Below are positions 7,173 to 15,009 of a stretch of DNA of 44,977 nt, one piece after another (position 1 is the stretch's first letter; each line of letters opens with the position of its first letter). Source of the DNA: a virus (taxonomy: Duplodnaviria; Caudoviricetes); IMG/VR virus record IMGVR_UViG_3300004633_000002, positions 1 through 44,977 of that record. One strand, written 5' to 3'. The notes under the pieces were generated by a model. That model ran no database searches and had not been told where the DNA came from. It saw only the letters and a list, made by a program, of their open reading frames with translations. Made by a program: the position numbers and the translations under genes.

Positions 7173-7243
7173 GCCTGGGCTTGTGACCAGGCTGCCGCAT
7201 TACACCCGGCCAGCGTTTCTTCTGGACCATGGGTGCACTCTGC
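7173..7243 (-). ncRNA. Twister ribozyme E (P5-type permutation); predicted cleavage between 7202 and 7201
   Basis: GCA GA GUG [CACCC...GGGUG] UAA UGC G GC A GCCUGG UCACAAGC CCAGGC; pseudoknot GUG/CAC. Confidence 0.9.
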
Positions 7244-7741
7244 GAGTACGTGATTCAACCGGCAGGCATTGGACTGGTTACCAACGAGTTCTGGTGGGAC
7301 GTCCATTTCCTGGCTCGAATCCGGGCGACTAGCGCACTAGGACCATACTGGCGGATTCGATGCTGTCAGTGAACGAGCTTCTGAACTACACCCGGAGCCT
7401 TCCCCGTACTTGTGTTGTGTTGTGTGAGTCCCCCTGATCCAATCAGCATTAGGCTTGTCTGGCCTGCGACACCGGACTTGGTTCGGAGCCCGCCGTCCTC
7501 CCCTGGCCACCCACGTTTCAACTTCGTGGTACTGGTTTGGGACTTGGCGCGGTCGATGGTGTAGCTGATGCAGTCCGTCAGGGGACTACGTTTGCCAGCG
7601 TTCGGTCAGCGACTAGGGCCAGGTTCAGATCCTGGGCTTACCGTCTTGGCCACTGCTTACTTGCGTATTCGCTCAGCGTCTCTGCCCGGGGCGTCCGGTG
7701 AGGATCGAGTCCTTTGTGGTGTCGGTCGTTTCCCGCCGACA
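7244..7741 (-). ncRNA. Putative ~500-nt multi-domain structured leader/ncRNA
   Basis: No credible ORF; long-range helices 7578-7587/7427-7437 and 7405-7410/7245-7250 separated by a CAACA-repeat linker (7411-7426); 5' hairpin at 7720-7741. Confidence 0.55.
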
Positions 7742-7746
7742 ACGTC

Positions 7747-7775
7747 AGTAAACCACAACGATTGTGGGTTGTCTA
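7747..7775 (-). promoter_or_regulatory. Sigma70-like promoter of the leftward operon with a palindromic operator in the spacer
   Basis: -35 TAGACA (7775-7770), 17-bp spacer, TGn-TTTACT extended -10 (7752-7747); CCACAA-N3-TTGTGG palindrome at 7753-7767; AT-rich upstream. Confidence 0.6.
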
Positions 7776-7924
7776 TAAACAAGGGACTAGCGAATTGCTA
7801 AATATTTGTAAACGCCCTGGGCACTTCGAGCGCTCTGCGGCCGGGACACCAGCGTCAGATGCGAGCGAGTTCGGGAGGCGACGTCGACTGGGAGGCCGGC
7901 TGGACGTCCAGGGCTGACAGGCCA

Positions 7925-8310
7925 GGCATCGACGCAGCGGAAAGCGACAAAGCGGAAAACCTATCGCATCGAAAAACCTACGCATCGACGCAGGCAGACC
8001 GGCGACTGGTCCGTATGCGCGACACCCTGGTCAGGAGGTATGCCGGCCTGGTCAGCGCTGAGCCTGGGTGGTGTAGGTATCCAGCGCTGGTATCAGGATG
8101 TCCAGGCCAAGGTCAGCGCTGGGTGAGCCTGAGATGCAGCGCTTGATCCCTGGGAAGTGGAAAGCGTGAGCCAACGCAGCAGCACGCCCCAAAGTCGCTC
8201 AAAGGAAGCGCGCGACGTACACCCAGCGAAGCTGGGGGTACGGGTGCCACCATCGCCCCTCACGCTCGCGGCCCAGGAGAACCTATACCCGATCCCCACA
8301 AAAATTCTGT
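7925..8310. repeat. Repeat-rich non-coding region upstream of terS (candidate packaging/terminus region)
   Basis: GCATCGA x3, AAAACCTA x2, CAGCGCT x4 (8053, 8082, 8114, 8137), then GGGGGTACGGG...CCCCACAAAAATT. Confidence 0.45.
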
Positions 8311-8379
8311 ATCGCGGCGAATGGGCGTCTCAACTCCAGTTGGTGTTGAGACTTGACGCTTGCGGTCATAATTGGGAGC

Positions 8380-8871
8380 ATGCCGACGAAGACGCCCCAG
8401 CCGCGTGTGTACAAGAAGCGCAATCTGCAGCAGCCGTGGGAAGCCGAACCGATAGCCCCGCCGCCCAGGACGCGGCGGATTCCGGAGGGGCAATTGCAGC
8501 GGCGCTATCTGGAGGCGCTGCCGAAGTTCTTCACGGTATCGGCGGCGCTGACGTCGGCGGGTGCGGACGCCAGCCAGTTACGCCGCTGGCGTGAGACGGA
8601 CGGGGCGTTCTTAGTGGCCGAGCAGGACGCCCGCAATGCGCTAGCCGACAAGCTCGAAGCGGAGGCGGTGCGGCGTGCGTTCAAGGGGGTGCGCGTGCCG
8701 GTGTATCAGGGTGGGCTGCTGGCCGGGCACATGACCCAGTACTCGGACCAGTTGCTGGTGCTGCTGCTCAAGGCCATGCGCCCCGAGAAGTTCAGGGAGC
8801 GCGCCGAGATCCAGATGACCCAGCCCATAGTGAAGGTGGTGGCCGGCTTCGACCCGTCTCAAGCACTCTAA
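8380..8871 (+). CDS. terS: Terminase small subunit
   Basis: D.LE.EA.RRA..G...PVYQ.G...YSD.LL..LLKA.RPEKFRER pattern; directly upstream of terL. Confidence 0.8.
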   Translation: MPTKTPQPRVYKKRNLQQPWEAEPIAPPPRTRRIPEGQLQRRYLEALPKFFTVSAALTSAGADASQLRRWRETDGAFLVAEQDARNALADKLEAEAVRRAFKGVRVPVYQGGLLAGHMTQYSDQLLVLLLKAMRPEKFRERAEIQMTQPIVKVVAGFDPSQAL

Positions 8872-9055
8872 GCGGTGGCGTACGTGCTGAGCCGCGAGGC
8901 GAACCCTCTCTTGGTACTTCTCTGTGTCAAGGGCCCCATCGGAAACAGGCGGAATCTGACCGCCCCACTGGGGTCAAATGTGACATGCCGGTGACGTCTT
9001 CCAAAATGCCGGCAGATTGGTGCTATTCTGGGCGCCAATGGACGGGCCGTCCTGA

Positions 9056-10465
9056 GTGGCCACCTCCCTGCGTCCGCAGCGATCTGGAGCGCGGCGCGGG
9101 GAGGTGCTTAGCGGGATAACCGCTGAGGTTCAATCGGAAATAGTCCGCACTCTGCCGCAGCAGTCGGCATACATGCCGTTTGGGGCTGCTCAGACGCTGA
9201 TGGAGTATCGCGGCAGGGAGGTCCTGCTGGCTGGACCGGCGGGCACGGGCAAGTCCAGGGCGGCGTTGGAGAAGCTTTCGTTCGTGGCCTATCGGCGGCC
9301 GATTCGGGCCGCCATCGTGCGGAAGGTCAGGAAGTCGCTGACCCAGGCGGCGCTGGTCACGTACGAGAAGAAGGTGCTGCCGGAGCCCTCGGGGGTGCGC
9401 TTCTGGACCGAGGATCAGGAGTACCGCTACCCCAACGGGGCCATCGTCGCCCTGGCCGGGCTCGACGACCCCGAGAAGGTCAAGTCAACGGAGTTCGATC
9501 TGATTTATGTCCAAGAAGCCACCGAACTTGATCAACTGGATTGGGAGTTGCTGGTGTCTCGACTCCGCAACGGGGTCTTGTCCTATCAGCAGATCATCGC
9601 CGATTGCAACCCCGCCGATCCTTACCACTGGCTCAAGCAACGTTGTGACCGTGGTGAGTGCCTCCTGCTCGATACACGGCACGAAGACAACCCTCTACTG
9701 TTTGACCACCAGGCAGGAGCTTGGACCGAGTTCGGCGAGCAGTACCTGAAGACCCTCGACACCCTGACCGGTTACCTGTACCAGCGCCTGCGGCTGGGCC
9801 AGTGGGTGGCCGCCGACGGGATGTTCTTCACCGAGTGGAACCCCGAGGTGCATGTGGTGCAGGGCTTCGACATTCCGGAGCATTGGCCCAGGTGGACCTC
9901 GACGGACTACGGCTTCGCGGCGCCGTGGTGCACGTTGTGGTTTGCCCGCGATCCCGAGGGCAATCGGCCGGTGTACGTGTACCGCGAGCGTTACGCGGTG
10001 GAGGTGCGCGATGAAGAACAAGCTGAGATCATTTCATCCGCGAGCGAAGGCGAGCGGATATTGGCGAATGTTTTGGACCCGAGCATGTTCAACGCTCGGA
10101 CGGAGCAGAACAAGCCCTCCATCGCCCAGGTTTACGCATCTGGCGGAATTTCCAATATTGTTCAGGGTTTCAACAACCGCCGCACCGGTTGGAGCATCAT
10201 CCGCCGTGCACTCGCCATTCCAGACTCAGGCACTTCGGAACCTGGGGCTGGACTTCCTCGGTTGCGGATCTTTGCGGACGCGTGCCCGAATCTGGAGCGG
10301 ACACTACCTGCAATGGTGAGAGATCCGCTCGATCCGGAGGACGTGGCCGACAAGCTGCACGGCAAGAAGACCGAGGACCACGCCCCGGATGCATTGCGCT
10401 ATGGCATGGCCATCGAGGCCGGCCCGAGCGCCGACGAGACGGTCGGCTCGGTGAGTTGGGGCTGA
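9056..10465 (+). CDS. terL: Terminase large subunit
   Basis: Walker A GPAGTGKS, Walker B IYVQEA, motif III DCNP, nuclease motifs TDYG and DHAPDALRY. Confidence 0.95.
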   Translation: MATSLRPQRSGARRGEVLSGITAEVQSEIVRTLPQQSAYMPFGAAQTLMEYRGREVLLAGPAGTGKSRAALEKLSFVAYRRPIRAAIVRKVRKSLTQAALVTYEKKVLPEPSGVRFWTEDQEYRYPNGAIVALAGLDDPEKVKSTEFDLIYVQEATELDQLDWELLVSRLRNGVLSYQQIIADCNPADPYHWLKQRCDRGECLLLDTRHEDNPLLFDHQAGAWTEFGEQYLKTLDTLTGYLYQRLRLGQWVAADGMFFTEWNPEVHVVQGFDIPEHWPRWTSTDYGFAAPWCTLWFARDPEGNRPVYVYRERYAVEVRDEEQAEIISSASEGERILANVLDPSMFNARTEQNKPSIAQVYASGGISNIVQGFNNRRTGWSIIRRALAIPDSGTSEPGAGLPRLRIFADACPNLERTLPAMVRDPLDPEDVADKLHGKKTEDHAPDALRYGMAIEAGPSADETVGSVSWG

Positions 10466-10468
10466 GGC

Positions 10469-11167
10469 GTGGTTGTTTCGGCGCAGCACTTCCGCGAGGT
10501 GACCAACGGCTACGAGCAGACCTCCTCGGGCTTGTGGACCCACAAGGGTGGCCTGCAGGCCGGCGCACTGCGGGCGACCGGGCCGCTTGGCCTGATCAGC
10601 ACCAGCGGACCGGGCGTGAATGTGCAGTACGACCCGTCCGGCAACGCCGGCTACATCCAGGCCTACGACTACTCCACGGGTGCCTGGAAGGACCTCGTCA
10701 TCGCCGCCCGCAACATGAACATCTCGACCACGGGCGGCACCCTCAGCTTGCCGGCCGGTTCGGTGAGCACCGCCGCGATTGCGGCGGGAGCCGTCACGGG
10801 CGTGGTGAGTTACCAGATCGCCAGCGGTTTTGTGGCTTCCACCGCCGCCTGGACCGAAACCGACGTGCGCGCCACCGGCACATTCACCGGCTCCGGCATG
10901 GTGCTGGTGTTCTGGAGTACGTGCTTCAGCAACCCCAACACCGGGGGTGGCACGTATATCGGCGTCGGCATCGATGGCGCCGCCAACACGGTCGGCCTGG
11001 TCGGCCATTCGGGGGGTTCGCTCATGCAATTCGGGGGCTGCTTCACCACGACCGGCATCACTGCCGGTAGCCATCGGGTGAGCATCTTCGTGTATCCCAC
11101 CGCTGGTGCCACCACCCTCAGCACTCAGGCCTACTCGACTGTCGCGGCACTGGAGTTGAGGCGATGA
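10469..11167 (+). CDS. Putative virion beta-rich fibre/spike-like protein
   Basis: G/T/S-rich, GSVSTAAIAAGAVT repeat-like unit, C-terminal beta-sandwich-like pattern. Confidence 0.5.
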   Translation: MVVSAQHFREVTNGYEQTSSGLWTHKGGLQAGALRATGPLGLISTSGPGVNVQYDPSGNAGYIQAYDYSTGAWKDLVIAARNMNISTTGGTLSLPAGSVSTAAIAAGAVTGVVSYQIASGFVASTAAWTETDVRATGTFTGSGMVLVFWSTCFSNPNTGGGTYIGVGIDGAANTVGLVGHSGGSLMQFGGCFTTTGITAGSHRVSIFVYPTAGATTLSTQAYSTVAALELRR

Positions 11168-13335
11168 GCATGCACTCCGCGCCACCCGCCGCCTGGTTCA
11201 AAAACTCCAGCGAGTCGCAGCAGGACGCCATGCAGCGGGCCACCCTGGAGCTTGCCCAGGAACTCCAGAACCAGTTCGCCGGGCGCGACGAGTTGTATCG
11301 CGACATCGACGCGGTGCTGTTTGGCGACCTACCCGTGGAGATCCCCGAGGCGTACCGCAAGACCGCCGTCGAGGTCCGCTCGCCGCTGGCCATGCACATC
11401 GCCAGCACCGTCACCGCCGCCCTGTCGGTCAACCCGATGACCACCGTCTTCAAGCCCATCGGCTTTGGCGACATCTACCAGCAGAACTCGACGCTGCGGG
11501 AGAAGTTCTTCGAGGCGAGTTGGAGCCGCCAGGAGCAGGAGGCCCGCCGCCAACTCCTGCGGCTGTTCATGTGGAGCATGGCCGTCAAGGGCGAGGGCAT
11601 CATCAAGACCCTGGAGCGCACCCGCGCGGCCTGGAGCGCGTACGACGAAAAGAGCGCCTCACTCCAGAAGCTGCTCGACGAGGAGCGCGACTACGACCAG
11701 CAGGCCAAAGACGTGATGTACGACAAGCAGACCGAGGAGTACAAGCTGGCCCTGCCGTACCCCATCGCGTCCACCGACGTGCCGCCCGAAACCTTCTACT
11801 ACACCAAGAACGAAAACGGCTTCACGGCGTGTGTCGAGATCAAGGAACTGCCGTATCTGGAGGCCCTGGAGCGCTTCGGGGCCGGGCTCAACTCCAGCGG
11901 CGAGGTGGTCGCGCCGGACACATGGAGCGGCATGGACCCCAGGTCCATGGAGTTGGCCCGCGCCGAGTGGAGCAGCATGATGCGCTCGGCCTCCGGTTAC
12001 AGCGGCACTACCCAGACCATCCGCTGCGTCGAGGCCTGGGACTACCAGACCCAGGTCATCCTGCTGAGCGGCCCCGGCCAGCGCAACAAGGGCCAGGGCT
12101 CGCTGGGCAGCGCCACGTTGTGCCGCGTGCTCAAGCACTCCTACGGCGACCCGATCCTGAAGACCCTGAAGGGGCCGTACTTCCACGCCCTGGGCGTGAC
12201 CACCGCCAGCCGCTTACCGGAGCGCGCCGGACTGTCGATCCTGTTCGGCTATTTGCGGCTGTTCCCGCTGCTGGACTCGCTGCTCACTGCCCAGGGCCAG
12301 AGCGCGTACATGACCATGTACCCGGCCTTCAAGAAGACCACTCCACCGGGCGTGCTGCCGGGCCTGCCGGCCATGCCCTATGGCACCGACTCGCGCGAGG
12401 CAAGCTCCAGGGCCTCGACCATCGAGCCGGGCAAGCTGTTCCCGTTCGACATCGCGCCCATCGACCAGCCGCGCCAGGGCGTCGACGCCGACAAGCTCAT
12501 CGAGAACATCCAGAAGATGATGGAGTGGGCCCTGCCCAGCGTGGTCCAGGGCATGGTCGCCAGCGACCAGAGCGGCTACGCCCTCAACCAGGCCGCCTAC
12601 CTGGCGCGCTTGGGCTGGGACCCCATCGTCAGTAACGCCGAGGTGGCCCTGGGCGAGCGCATCGGCTTCGAGTCATGGCTGATCGAAAACCGTATCGGAG
12701 AGAAGGTATATGCCTGGGGTGAGCAGGAGGCTAAAAAGGGGCGCAAGACCATCGGCGGCATGGTCAAGGCGACCTGGCTGGGCGTCGGGCCGGACGACCT
12801 CAAGGGCGTGCATCGCTACGAATGCAAACTCGCGCCGTCCACTCCGAGTAACGAGATCATCGAAACTCGGGCGCTGGGCGAGAAGATGCAACTCAAGCTC
12901 ATCACCTACGAAGACGCCGTAGAGCGGGCCGGCGCCAACCCCGACGAAGTTGAGAAATCGTGGCTGTTGCACGATTTGAAGAATAGCCAGGAGATCCAGC
13001 AGGAACTCAAGAACAGCATCTTCCAGAAGATCGCCACGATCCGCTCGGCCAGGATGGCGCAAGCCGGCCTTACGCCAGACATGCTCGGCGGACCACCACC
13101 CGGTGCGCCTCCCCCCGGCCCACCGGGAGCGGCTGCCACGGGCGTACCGGGGGGTACACCCGGTGCGCCTCCAGCACCCGGTCCTGGCGGCATGCCCCCC
13201 AACCCGGTCCCGTCTCCGGGCCAGGGCCTGCCCATCGCGCCTCCACCTCCAGGCGGGGGAGGCCCGGCGATGCCGCCAGGTGGTGTGCCCGGCACACCCG
13301 TGGTGCCCATGCCCCGAGGGCCGCTGCCGGTCTAG
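11164..13335 (+). CDS. Portal (head-tail connector) protein with Pro/Gly-rich C-terminal tail
   Basis: Size and position after terL; helical pattern with VQG...SGYALNQ motif; PG-rich last ~90 aa. Confidence 0.75.
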   Translation: MSMHSAPPAAWFKNSSESQQDAMQRATLELAQELQNQFAGRDELYRDIDAVLFGDLPVEIPEAYRKTAVEVRSPLAMHIASTVTAALSVNPMTTVFKPIGFGDIYQQNSTLREKFFEASWSRQEQEARRQLLRLFMWSMAVKGEGIIKTLERTRAAWSAYDEKSASLQKLLDEERDYDQQAKDVMYDKQTEEYKLALPYPIASTDVPPETFYYTKNENGFTACVEIKELPYLEALERFGAGLNSSGEVVAPDTWSGMDPRSMELARAEWSSMMRSASGYSGTTQTIRCVEAWDYQTQVILLSGPGQRNKGQGSLGSATLCRVLKHSYGDPILKTLKGPYFHALGVTTASRLPERAGLSILFGYLRLFPLLDSLLTAQGQSAYMTMYPAFKKTTPPGVLPGLPAMPYGTDSREASSRASTIEPGKLFPFDIAPIDQPRQGVDADKLIENIQKMMEWALPSVVQGMVASDQSGYALNQAAYLARLGWDPIVSNAEVALGERIGFESWLIENRIGEKVYAWGEQEAKKGRKTIGGMVKATWLGVGPDDLKGVHRYECKLAPSTPSNEIIETRALGEKMQLKLITYEDAVERAGANPDEVEKSWLLHDLKNSQEIQQELKNSIFQKIATIRSARMAQAGLTPDMLGGPPPGAPPPGPPGAAATGVPGGTPGAPPAPGPGGMPPNPVPSPGQGLPIAPPPPGGGGPAMPPGGVPGTPVVPMPRGPLPV

Positions 13336-13338
13336 CGC

Positions 13339-13821
13339 ATGCCAGGGACGCCGAACCCGCTCGACGAGATCGCCAATGACCTGGCCATCTGGATCGACCA
13401 GACATCCAGCGAAATAGCCCTGGCGTTCGCCCCCACTCGGGCGCCGTTCAGTGCCGACGTGACCGAGGAGCAGAAGCTGGAGTACTACAGGACGCAGTTC
13501 TTCAACAACGACGGCACGCCCAACGTCCAGGGCCGCAACGCGCAACTCCAGCGGCTGGGCGTGGAGGGCTTCGGGATCGTCTACAAGGCCATCATCAAGC
13601 GCTGGCCGGACCTTCGGATTCCGACTCCAGAGCCTCTCGCAGTGCCGTCGCGGTGGCCTCACGAGACGGCGCCAGGACCTCCAGGCGGCCCAGGCACACC
13701 TCCAGGCGCGCCGCCAGGTCCTCCACCCGGCTTACCGCCAGGTGCAGGCGGCCCACCACCTGGGCCAACTCCACCCGTTCCCGTTCCGCCACGCCCACCC
13801 ATGATGCCACCGGGGAGGTAG
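13339..13821 (+). CDS. Hypothetical virion protein with Pro-rich tail
   Basis: Clean ORF between portal and internal proteins. Confidence 0.7.
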   Translation: MPGTPNPLDEIANDLAIWIDQTSSEIALAFAPTRAPFSADVTEEQKLEYYRTQFFNNDGTPNVQGRNAQLQRLGVEGFGIVYKAIIKRWPDLRIPTPEPLAVPSRWPHETAPGPPGGPGTPPGAPPGPPPGLPPGAGGPPPGPTPPVPVPPRPPMMPPGR

Positions 13822-13827
13822 CTCGCC

Positions 13828-15009
13828 ATGATGACCTACGCCGATCTGCTCGCGAGCGCCGACGCCCGCGCGTGGCAGAACCAGGCCAACACCCAGCAGA
13901 ACAGCGCCGCCGCCAACGCCCTGGCCCAGGCCCAGTTCGACTGGCAAAAGCAACTCGGCACGGCCGGCCAGACGGGCATGTGGAACGGCGCCTGGAACAT
14001 GCCCACCCAGCAGTACTTCGCCAACACGTTTGGCGCCTGGGGCGCGCCGACCACCGGCCAGCAGACGCTGCAGGGCCAGCAGACCGCCGCCGACATCGCC
14101 CAGAACTGGTCGCAGATGTTCGGCCAGTACTACGCGCCGGGCACCGCGCCAGCCCAGGGCGCCCAGACCCAGGCCGCCCAGCAGGCCGGATTGGCCAACG
14201 CCGCCACCGTGGCCGGCCTGACCGGCATGTACAACGCGCCAGGCTCTACGGGTCCCGGCACCCAGACCCTGGCCGGCCAGCAGCAGGCCTGGCAGCAGGG
14301 CTTCCAGCAGCAGCAGTTCGCCGCCCAGCAGGCCCAACTCCAGCAGCAGAACGCCCAGAGCTACCTGCAGCTACTCAGCAACTTGCGCGGCCCGGCCGAC
14401 TGGGCCAAGTACCAGCAGGTGCTCGGCTCCACGCCAGGCGGCATGCGCGACCTGGCCGCCGCCGCCATGGGCCAGTACATCCCCGGCGGCGGGGCGACCA
14501 CCGGCGTGCAGCCCCAGGCGGCCAACTTGAACTCGATGTACGCCCAGATCCAGGGCTCGCCCAACACCTACGCCTACCCCCAGCAACAGCAGTACGCGTA
14601 CACCACCCAGGCCCAGCCGCAGGGCGGCAACATGGGCTGGAACTCGACTCCAGCCGCCGGCAACATGGGCTACGGCGAGCAACGCGGCGCCAGCGGCGAC
14701 ATCAACGCCCAGGGCCAGTTCGTCGCCAACCAGGCGTATGGCCAGCGGCCCGGCACGGGCACCCCCCAGGAGGCGACCGGCAACGGCACCAACGTGTGGG
14801 GCGGCCAGCAGAACCAGTACAACCTGCCCGCGCCCAACCAGATCGCCAGCCAATCGTGGAACAACATGGCCCCCAGCCAGCAGCAGATGCTGCTCGGCCA
14901 GTACGAGAGCCAGGGCTGGGATAAGGGCGACGTACAGGCGCTCTACAACCAGAGCCTGCCCAAGTACGGCACCAACAACGCGAGCGCGGGCACCTGGCGA
15001 CTCCAGTGA
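13828..15009 (+). CDS. Gln/Gly/Asn-rich internal virion (pilot/ejection) protein
   Basis: Very Q-rich low-complexity composition with repeated QTLAGQQ and GxTGxYN/WN units. Confidence 0.6.
   Translation: MMTYADLLASADARAWQNQANTQQNSAAANALAQAQFDWQKQLGTAGQTGMWNGAWNMPTQQYFANTFGAWGAPTTGQQTLQGQQTAADIAQNWSQMFGQYYAPGTAPAQGAQTQAAQQAGLANAATVAGLTGMYNAPGSTGPGTQTLAGQQQAWQQGFQQQQFAAQQAQLQQQNAQSYLQLLSNLRGPADWAKYQQVLGSTPGGMRDLAAAAMGQYIPGGGATTGVQPQAANLNSMYAQIQGSPNTYAYPQQQQYAYTTQAQPQGGNMGWNSTPAAGNMGYGEQRGASGDINAQGQFVANQAYGQRPGTGTPQEATGNGTNVWGGQQNQYNLPAPNQIASQSWNNMAPSQQQMLLGQYESQGWDKGDVQALYNQSLPKYGTNNASAGTWRLQ

Noticed and set aside
4568-7243. Intergenic repeats as a CRISPR array, attC cassette sites, terminators or promoters
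   Set aside because: Spacing is gene-sized, there are no U-tracts or attC R boxes, and the covarying pseudoknot plus catalytic residues fit twister.
7305-7400. tRNA-like element (TCGAATCC words)
   Set aside because: No cloverleaf with D-arm, anticodon arm and acceptor stem could be built; treated as part of the structured leader.
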